NCBI GenBank assembly: GCA_965215185.1
Contig: OZ244034.1
Span: forward strand, 2,368,001-2,432,000
Direction of reading: 5' to 3'
Length of the DNA stretch: 64,000 nt
From: Acidimicrobiia bacterium
GTDB lineage: Bacteria; Actinomycetota; Acidimicrobiia; Spongiisociales; ZC4RG35
The position numbers and the translations under genes were made by a program. Below are positions 1 through 9,283 of this stretch, one piece after another. Position 1 is the first letter of the stretch. Each line of letters starts with the position of its first letter. The notes under the pieces are model-generated. The model was not told the origin of the DNA. It was given only the letters and a program-made list of their open reading frames with translations, and searched no databases.

Positions 1-839
1 GGCGTCTGAGCCATGATGGTCACCTTCTCGTCAGCCATCATCTTGGCCGCCTTCGGCGGATCCACCGCATGAACCAGCACCAAGGTGGCGCCCAACAGGG
101 TGAGAGTGGTCATGCTGCCCAAACCGGCGATGGTGAAAAAGGGCATCAGGAACAGCCAAACCTCGTCGGGAGCGATCCCCAGCGCCGACTGCCAGGCGGG
201 CGTGGTGGAGATCAGGTAATTGCGATGGGGGATCATCACCCCCTTGGGATAGGCCTCGGTGCCACTCGTGTACTGGATGATGGCCAGATCGTTCTCGCCC
301 ACGTCGGCCTCCGGTTCAGAATCGTCTCGGTCCTCACCGACCAATGTCGAGATCCGAGTCCAACCGGCCGGCCCGGCGTCTGAGACAACATCGGAAACTA
401 AGAAGTGTTCCACGGCCGCCAATTGTTCGGCGATCGGCTCGAAGCGATCGACAAACACCGATTCCACCACTACCACCTTGGGCTGGCAGTGATCCACCTG
501 ATAGGTGATCTCTCGGGCGGTGAAAGTAAAGTTGATACCGGTCAGCGCGGCGCCGAGCTTGAGGGTGGCGTAATAGATCGCCACATAGTCGGGGCTGTTG
601 CGGGACATGATCGCCACCACATCGCCCCGGCCCACTCCTCGCTCGGAAAGGGCATGAGCCATACGGTTGACCATCCGGTTCAACGACCCGTAGGTGTGCA
701 CCTCCCGTTCGCCTTCGGTGGTATAAAAGATAAGGGCGGGTTTGTGGGGCTGCAGGCTGGCGTTGCGCCGCAACTGGTCCCCAATGGTCGCCCTGCCTAT
801 GACAGTGTCCCGCTGGTGCATTCCGGTATCGACGATCAT
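1..839 (-). CDS. AMP-binding acyl-CoA synthetase/ligase (5' part; runs off left edge; absent from ORF track)
   Basis: Manual minus-strand translation gives MIVDTGMHQRDTVIGRATIGDQLRRNA... and the AMP-binding motif IIQYTSGTEAYPKGVMIPHRN. ATG at 839 is preceded by the RBS AAGGAGG. Confidence 0.9.
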   Translation of the reverse strand, partial: MIVDTGMHQRDTVIGRATIGDQLRRNASLQPHKPALIFYTTEGEREVHTYGSLNRMVNRMAHALSERGVGRGDVVAIMSRNSPDYVAIYYATLKLGAALTGINFTFTAREITYQVDHCQPKVVVVESVFVDRFEPIAEQLAAVEHFLVSDVVSDAGPAGWTRISTLVGEDRDDSEPEADVGENDLAIIQYTSGTEAYPKGVMIPHRNYLISTTPAWQSALGIAPDEVWLFLMPFFTIAGLGSMTTLTLLGATLVLVHAVDPPKAAKMMADEKVTIMAQT

Positions 840-875
840 ATAGGCGTCCTCCTTACGTTTTCTTTCGTGCCGATG

Positions 876-1286
876 TCATATCTGTTGCGCGCCTCGACGT
901 CTGACTTCCACCAGTCGCCGCGCCTCTTCAACAATGTCCGCAAACATTGATCCGGGCGGAAAGGTGGAGGCTCCTCGGTCCTGCAAGACCGATCGGTGCT
1001 GTGGCTGGATGGTTCCACCCACCATCACCCCGGCGTCGGGAGCACAACTCTCCAGTTCATCAAGGATCCGCATCACCACCGGCAGACTACCCCCCACGTT
1101 CAGACCTACCACGTCCGCGTCTTCCTGAACGGCGGCCGCCGCTATCTCTTGGGCCGTGGCCATCCCCAGGTATATCACCTCGAACCCGGCGTCACGCAGC
1201 ACATGCACCACCACCGCCGGACCTCGCCAGTGGCCGTCTAGGGCAGTCTTGGCAAACAACACCTTGCCCGGCCGGTCAACGCTCAA
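876..1286 (-). CDS. cobalamin-binding (small) subunit of acyl-CoA mutase
   Basis: C-terminal part of ORF 876..1643 has the DxHxxG motif (LDGHWRG), LRDAGFEVIYLG and VMVGGT. The TTG start overlaps the large-subunit stop (TTGA). Confidence 0.9.
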   Translation of the reverse strand: MSVDRPGKVLFAKTALDGHWRGPAVVVHVLRDAGFEVIYLGMATAQEIAAAAVQEDADVVGLNVGGSLPVVMRILDELESCAPDAGVMVGGTIQPQHRSVLQDRGASTFPPGSMFADIVEEARRLVEVRRRGAQQI

Positions 1287-2917
1287 AATGAGATCGGCAC
1301 CTTCCAGTCCCCGAAAACCTCGCTGAACACATCTCCGAATTCTCCCAGAGTGGCCTGTGCGGCCACCGCTTCCATCACGGCGGGCATGATGTTGTCGTCC
1401 CCTCGACACGCCGTCTCCAAGTCGCGCAGAGCGGCCACCGCCGCTCGACCGTCCCGTTCCCGCCGGACCAGGCTCAATCTCTCCATGGAGCTCTCCCAGA
1501 CTCCCTCCACCGGCTCGAACCCGGTCATCTCCCAAGGCGCCACATCCTCGGTGAAGGCATTGACGCCCACCATCGTGGCGTTCCCCCAGTTGACCGCGCC
1601 CGCCAGGTCCAGTTGATTGACCGCGGCCAGCGAATGAAGCCACCCCTCGTCCAGCACCGCCGCGAAACCGCCCCGACTCTCGATTTCTTCGAACATCTCC
1701 CAGGCCCGGGCCTCCAATTCGGCGGTCAGCGCCTCCACATAGTGCGATCCACCCAATGGGTCGGCCACCGCCGGGATGTTGGTCTCATGATGGATGATCT
1801 GCTGGATGCGTAGCGACATCTGGTGAGCGTGCTCGGAAGGAACCGACATGGCCTCGTCATAAGTGGACACCCCCAGAGACTGGGTGCCGCCCAGCACCGA
1901 GGCCATGGCCATGATGGTTCCCCGGGCGATGTTGTTGAGAGGTTGCTGGTAGGCAAGAGCCGATCCGGCGGTCACAATGTGAATGCGCAGTCGGGTGGCC
2001 CGCGGGTCGGTTATCCCGTAGCGGCGTCTCAGCAGATCAACCCACATTTTGCGGGCCGCTCGCATCTTGCAGATGTCCTCGAAGAAGTCCATCGCCACCC
2101 GCAGGTTGATCCCTCCCACCATATAGGCCAGCCGGGCCAGGTTCTCCGGCGCCCGACGTTTGATCTCGTCCAGATACACCACCGCGTTGGCGAACAGCGC
2201 GGCCAACTCCTGATAGGCGTTCAAACCAGTGTCGGCCGCGTTGTATGCAGCGATCGAGACCGGGACCCAACGGGGCAGATGACGTCCGCAGAACTCGATG
2301 ATGTCGGTGTTGAGCCGGATCCCCGCTTCGGTGGGAACCTGACGTTTGGGAATGCACCCCAGGTAGGTGAGGAAGAAGTCGCTCTGCCCGGTGCCCGAGA
2401 GCCGGGATAGATCCAAGCCGCGCCGCTGCGCCACCGTCCAATAGCACCCCAGCGCAAAGGGGGCATGCTGGACCACCGCTCCCCCGGGGTGGGCGTAATA
2501 GCGACCCATGTCGATGCCGTCCAGCACCGTCTCGTAGTCCCGGACGCTTTGGATCACCGCCCCGGTCTGTCCCACATCTTCACGGCGGGCCACCACTTCG
2601 GGGTGATCCACGTTGTAGAGATGGTCGGCGGTGTTGCGGTCGTGCTCCATTATGAAGCCCGTCTCTCCCTGGCTCAGCAGGAACTTGATCCGCTCCCGCT
2701 CATCCTCGGGGTTGCCATGTCCGCTGAGCTGGAACACCCGCCAAGGCTTGGTCCGGTACATGCCGGGATAGGCACCGCGGAGATAAGGTGGGGCCCCCGG
2801 CGGACCAGCGGCGGCTTCCCGAGCCTCGTCGGGCACATCGTCGGGGCCGTACCAGCCCTGTACCGGTATCCCGGACGCTGTGAAAAACTGATCAGATGTG
2901 ACCTGGTCAGAACTCAT
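1283..2917 (-). CDS. methylmalonyl-CoA mutase family large (substrate-binding) subunit, non-canonical specificity
   Basis: Motifs PPYLRGAYPGMY, KMRAARKMW, NNIARG, GGTQSL, YDEA and DPLGGSHYVEALT. Specificity residues differ from MCM. Confidence 0.92.
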   Translation of the reverse strand: MSSDQVTSDQFFTASGIPVQGWYGPDDVPDEAREAAAGPPGAPPYLRGAYPGMYRTKPWRVFQLSGHGNPEDERERIKFLLSQGETGFIMEHDRNTADHLYNVDHPEVVARREDVGQTGAVIQSVRDYETVLDGIDMGRYYAHPGGAVVQHAPFALGCYWTVAQRRGLDLSRLSGTGQSDFFLTYLGCIPKRQVPTEAGIRLNTDIIEFCGRHLPRWVPVSIAAYNAADTGLNAYQELAALFANAVVYLDEIKRRAPENLARLAYMVGGINLRVAMDFFEDICKMRAARKMWVDLLRRRYGITDPRATRLRIHIVTAGSALAYQQPLNNIARGTIMAMASVLGGTQSLGVSTYDEAMSVPSEHAHQMSLRIQQIIHHETNIPAVADPLGGSHYVEALTAELEARAWEMFEEIESRGGFAAVLDEGWLHSLAAVNQLDLAGAVNWGNATMVGVNAFTEDVAPWEMTGFEPVEGVWESSMERLSLVRRERDGRAAVAALRDLETACRGDDNIMPAVMEAVAAQATLGEFGDVFSEVFGDWKVPISF

Positions 2918-2953
2918 GTGCGGGAATTGCGGAAAAACACAACTCTCATCATC

Positions 2954-3853
2954 TTAGAAGCCAGGGCTCTTTCGGATACTCAAATGAACCACCGCAATTC
3001 CCAGGGCTGTCAGCGCCACTCCGGTCACTTCGAGAGAAGAAAGAGTCTGGCCCAAGACCATCCAGGCCGTCAAAACTCCCACAATCGGCTCGGAAGTGGC
3101 GGCAACCCCCGCCGGGCCGGGACTGATGTAGCGGAGGGCGCTCATCAGCAGCAGATACGCGAGCGCCATACCCATCACCGAGACCCAAGCCACTCCCACC
3201 CAGCCTCCCAGCGACAGTTGGGGCACTTCCACCGGAAGCACCACCAGCCAGATCAACGCGGCAATGGTCAGGCTGTAAGAACCGTAGGTGAGAGGATGCA
3301 GGGTCCTGCCCAGCTTTTCGGCCACGATGGTGAGGGCGGCGTAGGAGAAAGCCGATGCCAGGCCCGCCAGCACCCCCACCGCGTCCGCGTAGTCGGCGGT
3401 GAAGGCGCCGGTAACCAGTCCGATTCCCAACACCGCCCCCGCCGCTCCCAGCCAACCGGTGATCGGAACCTGCAAACGCTGGACGAAGCGTCTCCACATC
3501 AGCATCAGAATCGGTCCCAGGTACTGAATGGTGATTCCCGGGCCCACTCCCAGCCGTTCAACCGCTACATAGAAGACAAAGGTGATCACCGCGGTGATGG
3601 CGCCGAGCAGCATCAGCCAGCCCAGTTGTCCTCCATGATGCATCAGGCCCTTGCGAGCAGCCAACGCCGAGAGGACGACCGCCGCCACCACCAAGCGGTA
3701 TTGATTGAGTTCGGCCGGACCGATCGATGAGAACAGACCGGCGGCCACCGTGTCCGAGATTCCGAACAGGATTCCTCCGCTCAAAGCCATGGCAAAACCG
3801 AGACCGGGGCGCCGCGACAAGGAGGCCGGCTGGGGGGATGACGTCATTCCCAT
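2954..3853 (-). CDS. EamA/DMT family transporter
   Basis: About 10 hydrophobic segments in two repeats; motifs IQYLGP and SEPIVG. Confidence 0.85.
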   Translation of the reverse strand: MGMTSSPQPASLSRRPGLGFAMALSGGILFGISDTVAAGLFSSIGPAELNQYRLVVAAVVLSALAARKGLMHHGGQLGWLMLLGAITAVITFVFYVAVERLGVGPGITIQYLGPILMLMWRRFVQRLQVPITGWLGAAGAVLGIGLVTGAFTADYADAVGVLAGLASAFSYAALTIVAEKLGRTLHPLTYGSYSLTIAALIWLVVLPVEVPQLSLGGWVGVAWVSVMGMALAYLLLMSALRYISPGPAGVAATSEPIVGVLTAWMVLGQTLSSLEVTGVALTALGIAVVHLSIRKSPGF

Positions 3854-3987
3854 TTCAGACTATGCCCGGCGCTCCCCCTCCCCCATCCGCAAGTCACCTC
3901 TATCAAGCTGATACCTGGGTCTGGCTGGGTTTCCTACCGGTAATCTGGACTTTGTCAATGCCACTAGCCGATAGGTCTGTACGTTCC

Positions 3988-6108
3988 ATGAAAACTCCCG
4001 GCTCTCCAGTGGCCACCTATCGAATCGGGGTTGATATTGGAGGCACCTTTACCGATCTGCTGCTGATCGACGACCGGTCGGGAAAGACGGTGGTGGGAAA
4101 GGTGTTGACCACTGCCGACGATCCTTCCCGGGGGGTGGAAGACGTGCTTCTGCACGCCTTGGAGGGCTGCGGCATCACTGCGGCACAAATCAGACACCTA
4201 GTGCATGGAACCACTCTGGTGACTAACACCATCATCGAACGTAAAGGGGCTCGTACCGCCTTGCTGGCCACCCAGGGTTTTCGAGACTCGGTCGAGATAG
4301 GTCGGGAGCACCGCTATGAGCTCTATGACCTGTTTCTGGAGTTGCCGCGCCCCCTGACTCCTCGCCATCTTCGTTTTGATGTGCCCGAACGGACTTTGGC
4401 GGGTGGGGAAACACTTCAGGAGGTGGATGAGGAGTTGGTGGAGATTCTCGCCGCCGAGTTGGCGGAGCGGGGAATCGAGGCGGTGGCGATCAGCTTCTTG
4501 CACAGCTTCGCCAATCCAGCCAACGAACAGGCTGCTCGCCGGGCGGTTAACCGCGCCGCACCGGGGTTGCGGGTCTCCATCTCCTCGGAGGTGGCGCCCG
4601 AGATTCGAGAGTACGAACGCGTTTGCACCACCATCGCCAATGTTTATGTCCAGCCGCTGGCCGAGCAATACCTGCAGGACTTGGAGGGCCGGCTTGCCGA
4701 CCTGGGATTTCAAGGATCGTTTTTTGTGATGTTGTCCTCGGGAGGGATCGCCACGGTGGAGACCGCCACCCGCTTTCCGATCCGCCTGCTCGAATCCGGC
4801 CCGGCGGCCGGCGCTCTGGCCGCCGCCACCCTGGGCGCAGACGCCGGGGTGGATGACCTGCTGTCATTTGACATGGGTGGCACCACCGCCAAGCTGTGCG
4901 TCATCGCGGAGCGGCGCCCAGAAGTCACTTATGACTTCGAAGTCGACCGACGTTACCGGTTTCGCAAGGGCTCGGGGCTTCCGGTGAAAGCGCCGGTGAT
5001 TGAGATGATCGAGATTGGGGCGGGAGGAGGTTCCATCGCTCGGATAAACCAGCTTGGACTGCTCAAGATCGGACCGGATTCGGCCGGCTCGGATCCCGGA
5101 CCGGCGTGTTATGGGCTGGGCGGCGCCCAACCCACTGTCACCGACGCCGACCTGACGCTGGGCTATCTCGACCCCGACTATTTCCTGGGGGGTCGGATGC
5201 CCCTAGACGCCGAGTCGGCCCGCCGGGCCATCGAATCCCAGATCGCGGAGCCACTGGGACTGCCGGTCGCCGACGCCGCCTGGGGCATCCACCAATTGGT
5301 GAACGAAAACATGGCTAACGCCGCCCGGGTCCATGTGGTGGAGCGGGGCAAGAACCCCCGCTCGCTACCCGTGATCGCTTTTGGAGGGGCAGGTCCGATG
5401 CACGGGTACCGGGTTGCCGAGTTGACCGGCTGTCCCGGCTTGATTCTTCCCCCTGCCGCCGGGGTCACCTCGGCTCTGGGGTTCCTGGTCGCCCCGCTGG
5501 CTTTTGATTTCGTCCAGTCCTATTACGCGCAACTGGACGATCTGGACTGGAATTACCTCAACCGGATTTTTTCGGACCTCGAAGAGCATGGGACCGCGTT
5601 GCTGACCGATTCGGGCGCGGTACCCGATGACATCACCCACACTCGAAGCGTCGACATCCGCTACATAGGACAGGGCCACGAGGTGCGAGTTCCGGTTCCG
5701 GGGGGCCTGCTGAGCGAGAAGGACCAGCAAGCCCTGCAGCAGGATTTCGATCAGGTCTACAGAAGTCTCTATGGCCGGTCCGGCCCGGATGTGGGGCTGG
5801 AGGCCCTCACCTGGAGAGTGGTCAGCGCCGGACCGAAGCCGCTGATCCATCGGCAGCCACGTGAGGTGAGGTCCCTCGACCGTACGGCTCTCAAGGGACG
5901 TAGACCCGCCTATTTTTCCGAGTACGCCGCCTTTGCGGACACCCCCGTCTACGACCGTTACCGACTGCGGGAAGGAGACCAAATCAAAGGTCCAGCCATC
6001 ATCGAGGAGCGGGAGTCGACCGCCGTTATCGGCCCGGGTGGCGACATCCGGGTGGACTCCGGGTTCAATCTGGTGGTGTCGCTTCCTGGAAGGAATGGAG
6101 GAGGTTGA
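3988..6108 (+). CDS. hydantoinase A / 5-oxoprolinase (ATP-dependent) subunit A
   Basis: Motifs GVDIGGTFTD, HGTTLVTN, LESGPAAG, DMGGTT, IGAGGGS and GPAIIEE. Start chosen at ATG 3988; 3958 is also possible. Confidence 0.92.
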   Translation: MKTPGSPVATYRIGVDIGGTFTDLLLIDDRSGKTVVGKVLTTADDPSRGVEDVLLHALEGCGITAAQIRHLVHGTTLVTNTIIERKGARTALLATQGFRDSVEIGREHRYELYDLFLELPRPLTPRHLRFDVPERTLAGGETLQEVDEELVEILAAELAERGIEAVAISFLHSFANPANEQAARRAVNRAAPGLRVSISSEVAPEIREYERVCTTIANVYVQPLAEQYLQDLEGRLADLGFQGSFFVMLSSGGIATVETATRFPIRLLESGPAAGALAAATLGADAGVDDLLSFDMGGTTAKLCVIAERRPEVTYDFEVDRRYRFRKGSGLPVKAPVIEMIEIGAGGGSIARINQLGLLKIGPDSAGSDPGPACYGLGGAQPTVTDADLTLGYLDPDYFLGGRMPLDAESARRAIESQIAEPLGLPVADAAWGIHQLVNENMANAARVHVVERGKNPRSLPVIAFGGAGPMHGYRVAELTGCPGLILPPAAGVTSALGFLVAPLAFDFVQSYYAQLDDLDWNYLNRIFSDLEEHGTALLTDSGAVPDDITHTRSVDIRYIGQGHEVRVPVPGGLLSEKDQQALQQDFDQVYRSLYGRSGPDVGLEALTWRVVSAGPKPLIHRQPREVRSLDRTALKGRRPAYFSEYAAFADTPVYDRYRLREGDQIKGPAIIEERESTAVIGPGGDIRVDSGFNLVVSLPGRNGGG

Positions 6109-7841
6109 GCGGGATGGATCCCATCATCTTGGAGGTGCTGTGGAACCGCCTCTTATCGGTGGTGAACGAACAGCAGGTGGCTCTGATGCGCACCGCTTTC
6201 AGCACCATCGTCAGAGAGACGCAGGATCTGGCCTGTGGGGTGTTCAACACCGAAGGCGCCATGGTCGCCCAGTCCCTGACCGGCACTCCCGGCCACATCA
6301 ATGCCATGGCCACCGGAATGCGTCACCTACTGGCCGAGTATCCGCCCGAGAGACTGTCGGAAGGTGACGTGCTGCTCACCAACGACCCGTGGATGACCGC
6401 CGGCCAAATCAATGACATCACCGTCGCCACTCCGGTGTTCCGGGCGGGACGGATCGTTGGCTATTTTGCCAACACCTGCCACGCGGCTGATATCGGCGGC
6501 AGAATTCTCTCCGCCGAAGCGCGGGAGGTCTACGAGGAGGGTCTGCGGTTGCCCATCATGAAGCTCTTCCGAGAAGGGGAGATCAACCGGGACCTCATCA
6601 AGCTGATCCGAGCCAATGTGCGTACCCCCGACGAGACGGTGGGCGACCTTTACGCGCAGACCACCAGCAACGAGGTGGGCACCCGCGCCCTCCTCAAATT
6701 CATGGACGAATTCAACCTCGACTCCATCGATCCGGTCGCCCAGGAGATAATGGACCGATCCGAGGAAGCCATGCGTCAGTCGATCGGCGCCATTCCCAAC
6801 GGCCGGTACGAGCATGAGACCTGGAGCGACGGGTTCGAGGAACCCATCAAGATCAAAGTGGCAGTCACCGTTGGAGACCGGGATATCCACATCGACTTCG
6901 CTGGGTCCTCGCCGCAGAGCCAAAGGGGGATCAACGTGGTCTTCAACTACACCCACGCCTATGCCTCCTTCGCCATGAAAGCCGCGGTCAGCCCCGAGGT
7001 TCCTCACAACGAGGGAGCCTTCCGGCCGGTGCATGTCTCCGCTCCTGCCGGCTCCATTCTCAACTGCCTCCCTCCGGCGGCGGTTGCCTCTCGGCACATC
7101 CTGGGGCATTTTCTCCCCGGGGTCATCTTCGGGGCCCTGGCTGAAGCGCTGCCCCTGATGGCGGCCGGATCAGACCCGATCTGGATCAGCGTTTGGCGGG
7201 GGCGGCCCCCTGGAAGCAAGCGCCTATTCACCTTCAGCCTCTTCCAGTGCGGAGGAGGGGGCGCCCGGGCCGGAAAGGATGGATTGAGCGCCACGGGCTT
7301 TCCGAGCGGGGTGGCGGGGGTGCCCGCCGAGGTGGTTGAAACCTTGTCTTCCCTTATCCAGCACCGCCGGGCACTTCGCCCCGACTCTGGTGGTCCGGGG
7401 CTCTACCGGGGGGGCCTGGGTCAATACACAGAGATGGGCTGCCGCACCGACGAGGTCTGGACAGTCTCGGCCATGGTCGACCGGATCAAATATCCCCCCG
7501 AGGGAATCTTGGGGGGCCTCACCGGCGCCCGGGGCGAATTGCTCCTCGACGGCCAGCAAAAGGGCCAGCCCAAAGCTCTGCTCACCCTGCAACCGGAGCA
7601 ACGGGTACAGCTCAATCTCCCCGGCGGCGGAGGGGTCGGAGATCCGCTTGAGCGCGATCCGCAGATGGTGATGGCCGATGTTGTGGAGGGCTATGTCTCG
7701 ATAGCTGGAGCAAAAAGGGATTACGGGGTTATCGTCCGGTACACCGGAGAGCCCGATCAGATGGTTCGTCTGCCTGAGGACTACCAACTGGACCAGGAAG
7801 CCACCGCAGCGCTGCGAACGCAACGCCGCAGTCTCGTATAG
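6105..7841 (+). CDS. hydantoinase B / oxoprolinase subunit B
   Basis: Motifs RTAFSTIVRE, NDPW, CHAADIGG, EEGLRLP, DSGGPG.YRGG and PGGGGVGDP. Overlaps the subunit A stop. Confidence 0.92.
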   Translation: MSGMDPIILEVLWNRLLSVVNEQQVALMRTAFSTIVRETQDLACGVFNTEGAMVAQSLTGTPGHINAMATGMRHLLAEYPPERLSEGDVLLTNDPWMTAGQINDITVATPVFRAGRIVGYFANTCHAADIGGRILSAEAREVYEEGLRLPIMKLFREGEINRDLIKLIRANVRTPDETVGDLYAQTTSNEVGTRALLKFMDEFNLDSIDPVAQEIMDRSEEAMRQSIGAIPNGRYEHETWSDGFEEPIKIKVAVTVGDRDIHIDFAGSSPQSQRGINVVFNYTHAYASFAMKAAVSPEVPHNEGAFRPVHVSAPAGSILNCLPPAAVASRHILGHFLPGVIFGALAEALPLMAAGSDPIWISVWRGRPPGSKRLFTFSLFQCGGGGARAGKDGLSATGFPSGVAGVPAEVVETLSSLIQHRRALRPDSGGPGLYRGGLGQYTEMGCRTDEVWTVSAMVDRIKYPPEGILGGLTGARGELLLDGQQKGQPKALLTLQPEQRVQLNLPGGGGVGDPLERDPQMVMADVVEGYVSIAGAKRDYGVIVRYTGEPDQMVRLPEDYQLDQEATAALRTQRRSLV

Positions 7842-7895
7842 TCGTTACGGTCGACTCTTGGTCGACAGCGCCGAAAAAGTGGAAAGGGTGAATGA

Positions 7896-9008
7896 ATGAG
7901 CAATAACGATCCGGTACGAGTGGGAGTGGTGGGGGCCAGCCCGCCGGGGTTCGGCGACCGTGCTCATTTGCCGGCGGTGCAATCCGCCCCGGGACTTACC
8001 TTGGAGGCCGTCTGCACCACCCGTCCGGAGACGGCCAGGGCAGCTGCCGACCGGTGGGGCGCTCGTAAGTGGTATGCGGGCATAGAGGACCTGTGCAATG
8101 ATCCCGAAGTGGACCTGGTTACGGTGGCGGTGCGACCCCGGCTTCACTATCCGCTGGCCATGGAGGCACTTCGGGCCGGCAAACCAGTGTTCTGCGAATG
8201 GCCCTTGGCGCTCGACACCTCCCAAGCCTTGGAAATGGCCTCAACCGCGGCACAGGCGGGTATCCCCACCGCGGTGGGACTGCAGGGCAGGTTTGCGCCT
8301 GCCGTCGCCTGGGCGCGACAACTGCTGGCCCAGGGGGCGGTCGGACGGCCCTTGTCGTTCGTGGTCTCCCAAATGCTCTCCAAATTCGAAGTGGATTCCG
8401 ACCGATCCTGGTTGGTACGCCATGAAGAAGCAAGCGGCGCTCTATTCGTGGCTTTCGCCCATGTGATTGACTCGGTCCGTTTCATCCTGGGAGATGTGGA
8501 AAACATCTCGGCCCGCCAGTTGACCCTATCGCCGGAAGGGAAATACGCGGAGGGCGGGACCTTTGAGTGGAAGACCGCCGACACAGTGATGGCCATTGCC
8601 GAGTTAGCCGGGGCAATAGTGGGAACGGCCTATGTCTCCAACACCACATCGCCTCCCCAGGGATACTCTTTGCGAATCCTCGGAGAGGAGGGGCAGATCC
8701 TCTTGGGCGCCCCCTCCTACTACCAGTTCAGCCCTGTCAAGCTGTCCGTGGGTCCTATCAAGGTCTCGGTAGGCCGAAGGGAGACGGACAGACTGGAAGA
8801 GGCGGAAATTCCCACCGAGTATTTTTCTGACATGCCGGTAACCGAAGGCCACTCCGCCTACAACGTGGCCAGGGCCTTGACCGACTTCACAGACTCCATC
8901 CGGGAAGGGCGGCGTTTTAGGCCCGACTTCCAAGACGGCGTGGCCCTTCATCGGATCCTCGACGCGGCCATGACCTCCAGCGGGGAAGGCCGGATGGTGA
9001 CTGTCTAG
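7896..9008 (+). CDS. Gfo/Idh/MocA family oxidoreductase
   Basis: Rossmann start VRVGVVGA, GKPVFCEWPLA, H-x-x-D (HVID), C-terminal PDFQDG. Confidence 0.9.
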   Translation: MSNNDPVRVGVVGASPPGFGDRAHLPAVQSAPGLTLEAVCTTRPETARAAADRWGARKWYAGIEDLCNDPEVDLVTVAVRPRLHYPLAMEALRAGKPVFCEWPLALDTSQALEMASTAAQAGIPTAVGLQGRFAPAVAWARQLLAQGAVGRPLSFVVSQMLSKFEVDSDRSWLVRHEEASGALFVAFAHVIDSVRFILGDVENISARQLTLSPEGKYAEGGTFEWKTADTVMAIAELAGAIVGTAYVSNTTSPPQGYSLRILGEEGQILLGAPSYYQFSPVKLSVGPIKVSVGRRETDRLEEAEIPTEYFSDMPVTEGHSAYNVARALTDFTDSIREGRRFRPDFQDGVALHRILDAAMTSSGEGRMVTV

Positions 9009-9084
9009 ACGGCCCGCTCCAAGACGAGATCTCGCCACCCGGCGCTTGTCGGCTTCCTTCTAGACTGAAGATTCAATACTCTCA

Positions 9085-9158
9085 GCGGGTGTAGTTCAAT
9101 GGTAGAACACGAGCTTCCCAAGCTCGGAGTGGGGGTTCGATTCCCCTCACCCGCTCCA
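9085..9158 (+). tRNA. tRNA-Gly (anticodon CCC)
   Basis: Cloverleaf: acceptor GCGGGTG/CACCCGC, D arm GTTC..GAAC, anticodon arm CGAGC-TTCCCAA-GCTCG, T loop TTCGATT, encoded CCA end. Confidence 0.97.
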
Positions 9159-9283
9159 GTTAGAAGAATAAAGATCTCCTGAGGATAGTCCGTGGGTAGG
9201 GAGGGTCGGAGGGAACCGATAACACATCCAGACCATTACTCTTTGGTATTGATATTTTCTCACCATTCTTCCGGAGATTCGTT

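Noticed and set aside
876-1643. 255-aa ORF as a full protein
   Set aside because: Only the last 136 aa (from TTG 1286) form the B12-binding subunit; the rest overlaps the large subunit out of frame.
2465-3730. 421-aa plus-strand ORF and similar long overlapping ORFs across the window
   Set aside because: Antisense to the mutase and EamA genes; composition typical of shadow frames.
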